DNA of 59,407 nucleotides, the filler included, from Fonticula-like sp. SCN 57-25 (lineage: Eukaryota), in NCBI GenBank assembly GCA_001724245.1. It is 5 parts of 5 records of this genome, joined end to end, with 100 filler letters (N's around TTAATTAATTAA, not from the genome) between each part and the next. Parts side by side here need not be neighbours in the genome. Positions count along the whole stretch, not along the records: positions 1 to 10,940 come from MEDX01000210.1; positions 11,041 to 21,976 come from MEDX01000211.1; 3 more parts are not named here. One strand, written 5' to 3'. Shown here one piece after another: positions 1 to 12,910 of the stretch. The notes beneath the pieces were generated by a model. That model searched no databases. It saw only the letters and a program-made list of their open reading frames with translations, and was not told the origin of the DNA. The position numbers and the translations under genes are program-made. Numbering within the stretch: position 1 is the stretch's first letter; each line of letters begins with the position of its first letter.

Positions 1-31
1 GACCGCCGAGCGGGGATCTGGTCACAGGGCC

Positions 32-3000
32 ATGTCGTTGTCCCAGTCGCGGGGGCCCGCGTACGAGGACGACGAGATCAAGGTGCGCTTTCACGGACTG
101 CGGAACTGCTCTTTGTTTCACTCTTGGCTCACGCTTTTAATAGAGGTATTTGGAGCAACTTTGTAATTTTTTGGCGGCAAGAGGCTACGTACGTCCCGCG
201 CTTGAGCTTGCGCCGCCGCAGCACGCACTACTGACGTATTTTGGTGTTTTTATATTCTACGTTTAGAATGACGATATTGAGGTGTCAAAGGTGGTATTCA
301 TTTTCTCAATGATGGAGGATGAGCTCGGCATCGAGATTCCACAGGCCGCTCGTGAGGCGGCGGAAGATCGGATTAGCGCAGAGTTGGTAGCCAATGCGGT
401 ACGCAGGCTTGCTTTGTCTATTTGTCTTGTTCATATCATACTTGTTTACAGAATCGGCGGTATACCAACTACCAGTTGGCCGAGAGCTTTCTCGAATGTT
501 TCAATTCCGTCGAAGGTCGGTCAATTCTCGACGATTCAATGACTTCCATCGACTCGTACGACGTTGTCAACGAATCTGTCAACGAATCAATTCATCAACA
601 GCACAACGTATGCCATTGCCGATAATTTGTTTTATTTGTTATCTTTACTAACGAAAGTTCCGCAGAATTCAATGTTTGGCGAGGAGGTTTTGCTGACTTC
701 TTCGCCCGAGCGCGGCGCCTCTGCGCCTCGTCCCCTCACTAGCATGGACCGGTCGGTTTCGTCTGATTTCTTTTCTTTGCCGGACATTGTGCCGACGCCG
801 TCTCGCCCTCGCCCCTCTGCAGCTGCAGCCGCGCGGCGTCTGTCGAGCAACCGCTACCAGCCCATCTCGCCGTCAGCCGCCTCGCCATCCTCGCTTGCCG
901 CGTCGCCGATGCGTAGTGAGGAGCTGTCGCAGCTTCAGCAGCAGCTGCACGAGGAGGAGGAAAGGCTGCGCGACGAACGCAGCAGGGTCGCCACGCTGGA
1001 GAGCGACGTATCCAAGCTCAGGGCTGATCTTCGGCGCGCAGAGGGCGACCTGAGGAAGAGCGCCGAGGACTACCGCTCGCTTCAGGAGCAGCTGGACAAC
1101 GCGACGCGCGAAGTGAACACGTACAAGTCGTTTTGGGAGTCCGCCAAGAAGGAGAATGCGCAGCAGAGCCGGAACTATCAGTTGCAGCTCGAGCAGTCGC
1201 GCGACGAGGCACAAGGCCACATGGCCGCCCTTGAACAGCTCCAGAAGCAGCAGGCCCTGCGTGATCAGCGCCACCAGGATGCTGTGAAGGAGCTGGAGGA
1301 CAAAATTGAGCGTCTGATGGAGGAGAAGCAGGTGGCAGAGCTCGATGCGGTCGAGGCGCGGACGCCATCGTCGGCGGCCGGGCGAAAGCGGTGGCCGCCG
1401 CCGGCGTCGCCCTCGAGGCTGCGGATTACCGACCTCGGCGAGATTGATGACGTTTCTCTTGAGGAGGGGGAACATGAGGAGCATGAGGAGGAGCAGGAAG
1501 GCGGTCAGCTGCCGCCGCTGGAGCGGCTCCAGGCCATGATCAATGAGGCGGCGCTGGCCGTTACACCCGAGGCCGCGATCGAAGGGGACCGCGCTGACTA
1601 TTCGCTGGGCGACTCGCACTTTGGGAAAAGTAGATACGAGTCAATCTTCAGAACCAGTTGCGCGCTTGGTTGAAGTTCCTGATTGATGAAGGCTAACTTT
1701 GGCGCTAGCCGGGACCTTGAATGTTTTAAACCTGAGCCGACTCGGTCACAGCCTCAATACGAGCATGGTGCGTGGGTACCTGTTTGCAGAGGCGCATCTA
1801 ATTTTTTGTTATGTAGACGTACCTTGCGAATCCCGTGAGAAGCCCGTTCTCGGTCTCGATGAACCGGTCTATCCGAGCTGCGCGGCCGATCTTTGATGAC
1901 CAGGATTCGTTGCCACTCGACACCAACGAGTCATTCGTACGCAGCTCCTCTTACAAATACCGTTTTTGTCTGCTTACGTCTCTTTTCCCGCTGCATCCAG
2001 GCAAACACGCTAGAGACCGCGACGGGCGATTCGCTGCACATTATGGACGCGCACTCGCTCGACTCTGACATGTCGCATGAGTACGGCGATGTCGAGCTGG
2101 CGCCTCTTCAAAGCGAGTTGGAGGCGGAGCTCTCGGCCGTGACGGAGGAGCGGGACCGACTCCAAAAGGCGCTGGCGGATGAAACGCAGCGGCTTGCCAC
2201 GGAGGCGGAAAGCAGGGCGCGCGAGCTCGCTGGGGCAAAGGACGCGGTTGAACAGACCAAGGACGAGCTCGAGCGGAGCAAGCAGGAGCTGGCGCAGGCC
2301 AGGGCCGAGCTCGACCAAATGAAGAGCAGGCTTGAGCAGGCCGCGAGCGAGTCCGCGCCCGCAGGCGACCTTGAGCAGGCGCGGCGCGAAGTCGAGCAGC
2401 TGAAGGGCCAGGTTGAGCAGCTCTCGGCGCAGGCCGAGGAGCTCACATCTCAGGTGTCGGCCCAGGAGGAGCAGCTGAAGCTCGCGCACGCCGAGAGGGA
2501 CGCACATGGAAAGAACATTGAGCAGCTCAAGGGTGAGATCGAGCAGCTCGCACTTGCAAAGGACGCAGAGCTCGCCCAGGCAGCGCTGGAGCACGGCGCT
2601 CAGCTTGAGAAGCTTGTGCTTGCAAAGGACGCCGAGCTCGCTCAAGCGGTCTCTGGGCATAGCGCCCAGCTTGAAGAGGCGCAGTCGCAAATCTCGCACT
2701 TTTCGCAAGAAGCGCAGCGTCTTGAGCGCGAATTGGATGACGCACGGGCCGAGACAGCGTCACTCAAGGACCAGCTTGCCGCCGAGGCAAAGTCCACGGC
2801 GGCGCTGCAGGGCGAGCTGCAGCAGCTGAAGGACGCCAGCTCGGCCGTTGACTCGGAGTCGCTGGTTGCGGCCCTGCAGTCCAAGCTGGATGAGGCGAAT
2901 GCCGCTGCTGCGCTGCTCCAGGAGCAGCTGCAGGAAAAGAGCGCTGCGGTTGCGGGTCTTGAGGCGGAGCGTGCGGCGCTTTTGCAGTCTGAAAAGGAGC

Positions 3001-4385
3001 GCTCCGAGTCGCTTGCTCAGCTTGAGAAGAGCGCTGCGGCCAAGGAAGCGGGCCTCTCGTCGACACAGGGCGAACTTGACGCGCGGGTCGCGTCGCTCAC
3101 GCAGCAGCTTGGCGACCTGCAGGCGTCGTACGACCGGGCGCTGGCCGAGCACCGCGTCGAGGTGGCCGAGCTCCAGGACCGCATGGTGAAGGGCGTGACG
3201 CGGACGGAGAACGCCGCGCGGATAGAGACGACGCGGCAGGTGGACGCCGCCCGCAAGGAGCACGCCAAGGTCGTTCGAAGCATGGAGCAGAAGCACGAGG
3301 AGGCGCGCGCCGCCGACAAGGACGCGCACACAAAGGAGATTTCCGCTGCGGCGGCCGCGCACAAGGCCGAGCTGCAAGCCGCAAATGAGGCCCACGAAAA
3401 GGCGCTCAAGGCGGCCAAGGCCGAGCACGACGAGGCTCGCAAGGCGGCAGAGGCGGCCCACGCGACGGCTCTTGCCACCCAGAAGGAGCGCTTGGCAGAG
3501 GTCGAAAAGGCTGCCGCAGTCGCAAAGCAGCAGTTCAAGAAGGAGCTCAAGGAGGAGCGCACGCGCAGCCAGGAGCTCGCGCGCGTCAAGGGAAGCATCG
3601 CGACCCGGTCGCAATCAGAGTCCGTCGTCGCAGACGCCGCGGGCAGCAAGTTGGGGGAGTCAGCAACGCTGCAGCACAACAGAGTCTTACACGACATGCT
3701 CCGGGATCTGCAGGCCGAGTTTCAAAAGTTTGCCAACGCGCTTGGAGGTTCGTTCTCTTTGCACTCTTTGTCTATTTTTAACACGAATTTCCTCTTCTCT
3801 AGTTGCGCCTCCGAAAGGAATTGGGTTTGATCCACTGGTACGCCCTTTACCGCTCCTTTTGATTTGTTTATTAATGCGTACATTGCCTGTAGGACACTGG
3901 GAAGCGGTTTGCGCACCTGAGGAGCGCGATCGAGCGCCGGCTGCAGCGCGTCTCGCCCGCTGTCCAGGAGGCCGTCCGCACGCCCTCCGAAGCGCTGCTG
4001 ACGCAAAAGTCGAGCGGGCCGGTGAGGCAGAGGTCGCGGGCTATTTTGCGAGCGATTCTCTATTTGCTTTTGCTTGTCGTCTACTCGTTTGCTATGCTCA
4101 GGACGGGTGTTTACTTGGCGGGCATGCACGAGCCGGTATTTGACGGCGTGCCAGTGGCGTTTTTGCCGACGTAGCGGGTCGATCTTTCTCGTGCTGTGTC
4201 TAGTTTGCCTCCTATTTCTTGTTCTATTTGCTGATGGTTTACTTGTGTTTCGTAATTTATTTGTATCCATAGATATATTAAATCCAGAAATGGGTCAGAA
4301 TCTAAAACAAACAATCAAAAGGTATCCAAAAATTGCAACAACAAATGAAGAGACTTTGACCCATCTATCGCGATCGCGCTGGTAG
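32..4385 (+). CDS. Spliced gene for a long coiled-coil protein with a probable C-terminal transmembrane tail (golgin/KASH-like tail-anchored); boundaries approximate
   Basis: ORFs 564-1673 and 1893-3830 are E/Q/K/A/L heptad-rich and separated by short GT..AG T-rich introns. A hydrophobic stretch IFLVLCLVCLLFLVLF lies in ORF 4074-4385. Putative ATG at 32. Confidence 0.55.
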
Positions 4386-4449
4386 CTATTAATATAATAA
4401 TTTAGCAGCAATCAATACGATTGTTGCGGACGGCGTTGGTGCTCAGCAC

Positions 4450-7400
4450 TTACGACCCGCAGATGTGCAGGTCGCCTGGAATCGGCGGATAAATAAACAC
4501 AAAGTGGTGGCACCGCTCCTGGTGCGCCTCGTATCCGCCGCGCGTGGTCTCGGTCGCGCCAAACGTGTCCCACGTGCAGAAGGTGCGCACGCTGTCGCCA
4601 CCCTGGACAACGACGTCGTTGACGGCCTGAATGTCGCTTTCGCCGACCTTGTAGTCGTTGACGCTCGCAAACGAAGGCTTGAGGAGCGCTCCGTCGCGCC
4701 ACAGTTCCGCGCGGGCGGTCGTGCCGCGGTCCCTCATGTACATGATGCTGCCAAACACGTTGAAGGACCAGCCTTCAGGGAGCGTCGCCGTCGCCTGCGC
4801 CGAGCACGCGCCACCAATGGTCAAGGTCCGGTTGGCCGGGATCGAGATGGACGCCTCGGGCACGCCCAGCCGAAGCAGAGACGCCTCGGTGGCGCGCAGC
4901 GAATCCGCCCACGTGATCAATACACCAGAAGAGTCAATAAGCGGGTACGAGCGGTCGTAGCGGATCTGCAGCACGGTCATGTACGCGGCAGACTCGCCAA
5001 AGCGCATGCCAACATCGGCGGGCATCGAAAACGAAGACGACTCGGACCTGCAATCGCGGGAAAAGGTGACGCAAATCGAGTAAAATTAGTACATAACGGC
5101 AGAGAAAATTATAACCGCACTTTTTCGACCACGTGTAGATCGGGTAGACGACCGTTGCCATCTCGGTGCAGTCCCAGTAGCCGCTAGGCAGCAGCTGCGA
5201 GTCCGTCACAGACACATTAAAGAGCGTCACCTCCAGTACGTGGTCGCCTGATCGCACAGCGTGAGCGTGCGGCAAGAAAAGGCTGTCAGGGTTACGCACC
5301 GACGATCGGCTCAAAGCGGACGGCGTCGCGCTGCTTGTCGGTCGGGAACATGAAGAGGCGGCAGATGTAGTCGCTGTCGATGGTGCCGGACGAGTAGGAC
5401 GAGAAGGCGAGCTCAGTCCCGCGCCCGTCGAGGCTGGCGACGGAGAGCGACGGCGAAGCCACCACCACAAAGAGCAGCACGGCAAATGCGATCGTGAGCC
5501 CCAGCGAAATCGTGGCCCAAACGAACAGGACGCCGACCGAGACCGAGTCCGAGTGATCCTGTCGAGGCAAAGTGCAGCGTAAGCATAAACAAGGCCAAAT
5601 ACAACTATTCAGCGTACCTCGGCAGGCGGCTCCTGGATGACTTCAATGTCAATCTTCTCCTGGGTGTCCGAGAGCATGTCGCCGACGGCCATCTGGAGCA
5701 GCTCTGCAGATGACGGCCCCGCGGGCTTCATGGTGCGCCGCTCGCGGAGGAGCATGATGACGATGACGACAAGGGCGACGCCGCACCACGCACCGAGCAG
5801 GATGTAGAGCACCTCGGAGGTCTGCAGCAGCTGCACGCCGAGGAAGAGCTGCACGACGGCGCCGAGGCTAACAAGGCGTCCGAAATTGCGGTGCATAAAG
5901 TCCATCGCGCCTCGGGCGCCCTCGGGCACATACATGCCAGCGACCGCAATGATCACCTGCAGTAGGCCGCCCGCGAGTACGGCAATGCCCAGCGCGGCGT
6001 GCGCGCTCACGACCAGCCTGCTGTCGAGCGCCACGAAAATAACGCCAAGGCCAGCGAACGACGTAACGAGGCCGGTCACCTGCAGCGCGATGTGGATCCA
6101 GAACCACGACGCGAGGAACTTTAAAAACTTGGCGACAAGGACGCCGCATGGGATGAAAAAGCCCCTATGGACGCACACACGAGCGTTAGCACATCGCGTT
6201 TACAAGCGGTTGGCGCGCGGGCGCACCAGGCAAAGAGCATGAGGGTGCCGTGCGTGGGTCTCAGGGGGGAAACGTGGCGATCCGCGAGAGTCGCCGTCCA
6301 TACGTTCATGTCCTCGAGCGCGTACACCGAGTGGCGGTTCTGGCGTCCGTCGACGGTGTCGCCGAGCGCCATCGCAACGTACAGCAGGCCCGACGACGGG
6401 ATGGCGACGTCGTACTCGTCGGTCGACGCGACGTCGCGCGTGAACCGAACAGTAAAGATGGTCGAGCCGTCCGCGGCGGTCGTCTGCGTCGCCGTGACGT
6501 TGCGCACGTTGCTCGTTCCGCCGATCTCGGTGTCGTTGGTGCAGCGCGAGTGGCCCGTGCAGACGCCGTCAAAGTACTCGAGCGCGCCGCTGGACATGTC
6601 GGCGACGAACACGTCGAGCCCGATCATCGACGGCTGCGTGTTGAGCCCAAAGGACATCCAACCGTCGGTGACGCCGACCAACTCGACGTACATCTCGGTG
6701 CGCGCCTCGTCAAAGTCCCACGACGCGCTGATCAGGCCCGACGGCGTAAAGTAGCGGTTGGGGTACTTGGCCTGAGACACCGTGGCCACGTCCGAAAAGG
6801 TGCACGACGACGAGGGCATCGCGAGGTTCAGCTGGAGCGCGCCGTACGACTCGTTCGGGTGCTGCAGGTAGCCGAGCGTGCTGTCCACCTTGCCAAAGCT
6901 CCACGCAAGCACCTGCAGGCCGTCGCGGATGTCGCGGTCCTCGGAGGCATTTCCGGCGGCCATCGGGCGATGGCCCTCAATCACAAGCAGAGACGAGACG
7001 TGCGACACGCTCGTCACAGTCCAGTCGTTCGAGGCGGTGTCGCGTGACTCGTCCAGCAGTGTCGTGCTCGCGGACGGCTTGTCGCAGATCCACAGATCGT
7101 CGGAGCAGATAGTGCAGTCGCTGTCGACGCACGTGCTGCCGGCGGGGCACGGAACGCCGCCCGAGCCGGGCGTGGGCGCAGACACAATCAGTGCATCGAG
7201 GCACGCTCCGTTCGAGGTCATCGCGCGCGTCAGGGACGTTCCGACACCAAGCGATACCCAGAGGGCCGGCTGCGGAGGGCACACGTGTCAGCAAGGTTGG
7301 CTCGGCGGAAGGAGAGTTCGAGGGAGGCGGTCGTACCGCATCCGTCGCAACGCCGATAGAAATACGAAAGTCGAAAGTACCGTTGCGGATGTTCCACTCG

Positions 7401-7513
7401 AGCGAGTAGTCATTCTGGCTGCTGAGCATGGCGCAGTTTGCGTACTCGGTCGCGGCGGTCGCCGGGGCCAGCAGCAAAAGCGCCATGAGCAAGCCTTGCA
7501 TAATCCGCCACAT
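4450..7513 (-). CDS. Spliced gene: signal peptide, 2x DOMON, cytochrome b561, TM, then a degenerate copper type II (DBH/PHM-like) monooxygenase module; 3' end may extend below 4450
   Basis: Signal peptide MWRIMQGLLMALLLLA. DOMON motif GWMSFGLN...MIGLDVFV...H. Four b561 histidines (HGTLM, WIH, HAALG, MHRNFG). DBH-like motifs YICRLF, MPADVGMRFG, LQIRYD...DSSGV, GDSVRTFCTW, GG...ERC. Exon phase at the 5618/5559 intron is consistent. Confidence 0.75.
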
Positions 7514-8480
7514 CGTGACTATCCTGGGTGATCCTCAATGTAATACAGTGTCTAAGAGGATATGGAGGGACTACGTCCTGGGATGAATGTTGCGCCCGAC
7601 GAGGCGAAAAAAAAGTGTCCGGACCGGAGCGGGAGATCTTGGCATAATAGTCCCCATGGCCCCCGGTGGTCACGTGACCATATCTAAAAAAGGTAAGTTT
7701 TACGGGACTATTTGTAGTGCGAAGCAGACAAGGAACTAATCCTTCCCGACTTGATCGATTGGAATGCAGCCGGTCGAGGCAGGTCGGCCGAGGCCCGCTT
7801 ACAAATTAGTTCAGAAACTAAAAATATCAACGATTGCTAAGCGATGTGGTCGTTGTTACATTCAGTATCCAAAGTTCAATCGTCGAGGCGGTAAATCGGA
7901 AAGCGAGCCGAATATGGAGAAGGGGGGCGACCACAGCGGCGACCGGTGGTTGCTGCGGGAGCATCTCGTGAGAACGTTCAAAAATCTGCGGCTGTGTTTG
8001 AATCTTGTATTGGCAAGCCCGGCTCATAGAACAATTTTAGTGGAAACAGTTTTGGTGAGATCAGTTTGGTGGGATCAGTTTGGCGGGAACAGTTTTGGTG
8101 GTAACATCGCTGGCTGCCATCCAAACGCTCATCGCAGGTTTCTCGAAGCGAGTCGCCTTTTCGAGTGGCACTCGCAGACAGTATGTCCATACTAGATATC
8201 CACACCCTGTTTAGGTATAATTGAGTTCAGATGTGCATATGCCTGTATCATATGGATACAGTTTGGTATTGAGGGTAGAATTTTACGGGTTTATTGTGCC
8301 ACGTCCACTGTGTCCACTGTGGCGGCGATCCAACAACACTGTCACAGCACTGTATGATTCATCCACGTGGGTGCTGAATTGCGCATGGTTGGCCTTGTGC
8401 TGGTGCTTCTTGCGCGTGCCTTGCTTGCTGGTCAGCATACACTGACCGCAGTGTTGTGAGGAAACAAGGCCGAGAGAGTC

Positions 8481-10940
8481 ATGAACTTTTCGGAAGGTTT
8501 GCATTCTTGCTTGCTTGATCCCATAGCTCTAATCTCACATGCCGCTTCCTTTTTCGATTAGTTCCGGAGCGCATCTCCTTCCCGGAGCAGGAGGAGAAGA
8601 CGCTCGAGTTCTGGAAGGAGATTGACGCCTTTCAGACGTCGTTGAAGCAGAGCGAAGGCCGCCCGCGGTACACGTTCTACGACGGCCCGCCGTTCGCGAC
8701 GGGTCTGCCGCACTACGGTCACCTGCTGGCGGGCACCATCAAGGACATTGTGACCCGCTACTGGCACGAGCAGGGGTTCTACGTCGAGAGGCGGTTCGGA
8801 TGGGATTGCCACGGCCTCCCGGTCGAGTTTGAGATCGACAAGAAGCTCGGCATTACGGTACGATATGCGGGATGCTGAGTGGGTGGGCGATGGTCTGCGC
8901 ATCGAGGGTAATGCGATGCGGAAGGCAGGGAAGGGCAGTGACTGGCAAGCCTCGCGAGGGGCGAATCGCGGCCACGCTGTGATGCCACTGCTGTTCTCAC
9001 GGTGTTTCCTTTGTTGTTGTGTTAACCTTGTATGCCGTTAACTGACGTCCTTTTCGTTGTTGCAGAGCAAGGAGGATGTCCTTGCGATGGGCATTGACAA
9101 GTACAATGCCGAGTGCCGCAGCATTGTTATGCGCTACTCCAAGGAGTGGGAGACGACCGTGACGCGCATTGGCCGCTGGATCGACTTTGAGAACGACTAC
9201 AAGACGCTCAACCCCTCATTCATGGAGAGCGTCTGGTGGGTGTTTGGCCAGCTGTTCAAGAAGGACCTCGTGTACCGCGGCTACAAGGTCATGCCGTACA
9301 GCATGGCCTGCCACACGCCCCTCTCCAACTTTGAGGCGAACCAGAACTACAAGGACGTCAGCGACCCCGCAGTCGTTGTCAGCTTCAAGCTTGTCGACGA
9401 CGAGGCCACCAGCATCCTCGCGTGGACCACCACCCCGTGGACGCTGCCCAGCAACATGGCGCTCTGCGTCAACGCTACCTTTGAGTACATCAAGGTCAAG
9501 GGTGCGTTGAAGGAAATGCAGTAAAGAGGGATTTTGGGGTTGCTTCAGGGGCTGTGCATTGCGTGCGCCTCATGATGCCTTTGTCGCCGGAAGGGGGGGA
9601 TGGTCTGGGGTTGATTCAGGGGTATTTCGTTTCCCGTGCATGTGCTCATTGTTCCTGCTTTCCAGACATTGCCAGCGGCAACTTTTACATTCTTATGGAG
9701 AAGCGCCTTTCGTCCGTGTACAAGGTCACTGAGCCCGGCAAGGAGTTTGAGGTCGTGGAGCGCTTCCCCGGCTCGTCCCTTGTCGGCAAGCGCTACGTGC
9801 CGCTCTTCAACTACTTTTACGAGCTCAAGAAGAACGAGGCGTTCCGCGTGCTCGCCGACAACTACGTCACGGACGACTCGGGTACGGGCATCGTTCACCA
9901 GGCGCCCGCCTTTGGTGAGGACGATTACCGGTACGTCGCGGTTGGAATTACGGGTAAAGTTAGGGAGAATCAGGAGAGCCGGTTTGCGGCGGGGCTCTTT
10001 GCTCGACATGCTTGCCCTTTTCTCGGCCTGTTTCGTAGCATTTTCCGTGTACTAACGTCCTTCCCGCAGTGTTTGCCTCCAGAACGGCGTCATTGCCAAG
10101 GGCGAGGTCCCGATCCTGCCGCTCGACGAAGTCGGCCGCTTCACTTCCGAGGTGACCGACTTTGCCGGCAAGAACGTCAAGGACGCCGACAAGGACATCA
10201 TCAAGCACCTCAAGGCTGCCGGCAGGCTCGTGAACAGCGGCACCATTGTCCACAGCTACCCGTTCTGCTGGCGTAGCGACACCCCGCTTATCTACAGGGC
10301 GATCCCCAGCTGGTTCGTCAAGGTCGAGTCCCTCGTCGACAAGCTCCTCGTCAACAACGCTCAGTCGCGCTGGTACGTGCATTTTATGGTGGAAATTGCG
10401 ACGGACCTTTGTGATCGTTTGTATTTTTCGTGCCCTTTTTCACCTATTTCTTGGTCTATTTCTGTTCTCTTTTTTTTCCACATATTCTTTATTGCGCCGC
10501 GTTTGATCCACGGTATCTGACACCGCGTAGGGTTCCCGAGTTTGTTCAGGAGAAGCGCTTTGCCAACTGGCTCAAGGACGCGCGCGATTGGTCCATCTCG
10601 CGCAACCGCTACTGGGGCACCCCGATCCCCCTGTGGGTGAGCGACGACGGCGAGGAGGTCATCGCCATTTCGTCCATGGAGGAGCTCAAGGAGCTCTCGG
10701 GCGTCACTATCACCGACATGCATCGCGAGTCGTACGTCGGCGGGAGATGAGGGTGAAACGGAAGAGGTTATTGTGGCGAGGACCGTCCTAGAGTCGTTTG
10801 CCAATGAATATTTCTTTTTTTGTTGTTGCTCTTTGCGACGTGTGCTTACTTTTTTTCCTTTTAGCATTGATCACATCACCATTCCGTCGCGCACCGGCCG
10901 CGGTGTCCTGCGCCGCGTCGAGGAGGTGTTTGACTGCTGG
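8481..10940 (+). CDS. ILS1: Cytoplasmic isoleucyl-tRNA synthetase, spliced, truncated at contig end
   Basis: [16 protein letters not shown] (HIGH motif), [36 protein letters not shown] and [15 protein letters not shown] across ORFs 8642-10940, with GT..AG introns. Confidence 0.95.
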
Positions 10941-11040
10941 NNNNNNNNNNNNNNNNNNNNNNNNNNNNNNNNNNNNNNNNNNNNTTAATTAATTAANNNN
11001 NNNNNNNNNNNNNNNNNNNNNNNNNNNNNNNNNNNNNNNN
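10941..11040. other. Artificial contig spacer N44-TTAATTAATTAA-N44
   Basis: Stop codons in all six frames between N runs; identical at four places. Confidence 0.97.
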
Positions 11041-11046
11041 CCCGCA

Positions 11047-12192
11047 ATGCGGGGGGAGGGGGGCGGCGCTAAACGCTTGTCCGAGATAGCTTTACGGTAC
11101 AAGATGCGGGACGCCGCACAGTGGCTCACTTCCGCACGAGGCGTGGAGCATTGCGGCCGGCGTCTGGCCAATCCGATGGACCGGTTTTCGGTATCCCTTC
11201 GGGTGCATGTCGGGACGGGGCGGCCGAGCTTCGGGGGCCTCGCGCGCTGTAACTCCATCTGGGAATGCCCGGTCTGCGCCCCGCGCGTCCAGGCCGGGCG
11301 CGCGGAGGAGCTGCGGGAGCTCAATGCCGCGCACGTGGCGGCCGGGGGCGCGCTCTACATGGCGACGCTCACCCTCCCACATAACGAGGGGGACGCGCTC
11401 CGGCCGCTCCGCGTGCACGTCGCGAAGGCCTGGAGCGCGATCAAGAGCGGCGCGCCCTGGCAGCGATGGAAAGCCCGACTCGGCCTGGTGGGCGATGTGC
11501 GCGCCCTCGAAGTGACTCACGGGCCGAACGGCTGGCACCCGCACTTGCACGCCGCGCTCTACACGCTCGCCGGCGTCGACGACGGGACGCTCGAACAATT
11601 CGAAGAATGGCTCTGGCTCCGCTGGTGCGCGGTGCTCCAGCGTCGGACACGCGCGGCCGGCCGGGTCTACCGGATGCCGTCGCGTGAGCATGGCGTGCGG
11701 GTCGAACCGCTACGCCAGGCCGATTACCTGGCGAAGATGGGGCTGGCGCACGAAACCTCGTCGTCCTGGACGAAAGAGGGGCGCGCCGGGCATCGGACGC
11801 CGATGCAGATCCTGCGCGATATCGCGTTAGGCGCGGGCGATCCCGAGCGCCGACAGGCCGATATCTCGCTCTGGCGACACTACGCGCGTGCCATGAAGGG
11901 GGCGCGCCAACTCATCTACTCGCGCGGGCTCCGGGCGCGCTATGCGTTAGGCGATCCCCTGGAGGATGCCGAGCTCCCGGACACGCAAGACGACCTCGAA
12001 GGGCTGTCGGACGCCGAGCATGAGACGGTTTACAGCTTCGACGCGCGCGAGTGGGATGATATCCTCGCCGGGGGCGTCGGCGTGCGGGTGCGCTTGCTCG
12101 CGGTCCCCCTGCGGGTCGAACGCGCCCTATGGCAAGATGCGGTGCTCAAGATCCTCGACGCGGCGCGCGGGCTCCCTGCCGTGCCGTTCTAG
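11047..12192 (+). CDS. rep: HUH rolling-circle replication initiator, pC194/pIJ101 (Rep_1) family
   Basis: Zn-ribbon CNSIWECPVC, motif I ATLTLPH, motif II EVTHGPNGWHPHLH, motif III DYLAK, and C-terminal RTPMQIL...W..Y....KG.RQL..SRGLR. Confidence 0.92.
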   Translation: MRGEGGGAKRLSEIALRYKMRDAAQWLTSARGVEHCGRRLANPMDRFSVSLRVHVGTGRPSFGGLARCNSIWECPVCAPRVQAGRAEELRELNAAHVAAGGALYMATLTLPHNEGDALRPLRVHVAKAWSAIKSGAPWQRWKARLGLVGDVRALEVTHGPNGWHPHLHAALYTLAGVDDGTLEQFEEWLWLRWCAVLQRRTRAAGRVYRMPSREHGVRVEPLRQADYLAKMGLAHETSSSWTKEGRAGHRTPMQILRDIALGAGDPERRQADISLWRHYARAMKGARQLIYSRGLRARYALGDPLEDAELPDTQDDLEGLSDAEHETVYSFDAREWDDILAGGVGVRVRLLAVPLRVERALWQDAVLKILDAARGLPAVPF

Positions 12193-12241
12193 CGGCGCGT
12201 GCGGCGCTGCGCTCTCTCACTCCCCTCACGATCCCCTCACG

Positions 12242-12910
12242 ATGCCTGACGAGACTGTACCCCCGATGCTCGAGCTCCCCGCCCTCGCCGGCGACGGGCC
12301 GAACGTCACGGACGCCCTGGCCGCGCTCGATCCCAATCCCGACCCGCTCCCCGAGGGCGACGCCGCGACGCCGGCGAGCGTCCCCGAGGGCGGGCCGCCC
12401 GCGCCCCCAGGGGATGCGCCGAAGCGCGGGCGCGGGCGTCCCCCGGCCGAGCTCTGGAGCGAGCGGAAAATCTCCCGCGCCTCGCGCGCCGAGCTCAAAG
12501 CGCGCGTCAAGGCGCTCCAGGAGCGCGCGCCAAGCGCGCCGGCGATCGAGGGACCGGCCGCGCCCGACCCCGCGGATGCGCCGCCCCCGCCCCCCCTCGA
12601 CCCGGCCGAGCTCGCGGCCCCCCTCGCGCTCACGTTCCGCACGTTAGGCGGATTGCTCGCCCTCGCGTACGGCGATGCCGTGCGGCTGACCGAGGACGAG
12701 GCCACGACGTTAGGCGCGGCCTGGGCGCCGCTCGCCGCGAAGTACGCCGGCCAGGGGGGCGCATGGATGGAGTGGGCGGTGCCGATCCTGACGACGGCCG
12801 GCGTCGCGCTGCCCAAGGTGCACGCCTACCGGGACGCGCAACGCTTGGCGGAAGCGGCCCCGGCGACGGCGGCCGAGCTCCCGCCCCCACTTCGGGGGCC
12901 GGATGCCTAA
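12242..12910 (+). CDS. Phage protein with Pro-rich N-terminus, AT-hook and C-terminal hydrophobic helices
   Basis: In-frame ATG at 12242 of ORF 11966-12910; KRGRGRP motif; hydrophobic LALTFRTLGGLLALAYG and WAVPILTTAGVAL; overlaps the ATPase start. Confidence 0.65.
   Translation: MPDETVPPMLELPALAGDGPNVTDALAALDPNPDPLPEGDAATPASVPEGGPPAPPGDAPKRGRGRPPAELWSERKISRASRAELKARVKALQERAPSAPAIEGPAAPDPADAPPPPPLDPAELAAPLALTFRTLGGLLALAYGDAVRLTEDEATTLGAAWAPLAAKYAGQGGAWMEWAVPILTTAGVALPKVHAYRDAQRLAEAAPATAAELPPPLRGPDA

Noticed and set aside
10985-10996. TTAATTAATTAA as a biological repeat
   Set aside because: Always centred in N runs; it is an assembly linker
11047-12192. Simple rolling-circle plasmid
   Set aside because: The Rep is plasmid-like, but the rest of the contig is a virion and lysis module with no mob or tra genes recognised
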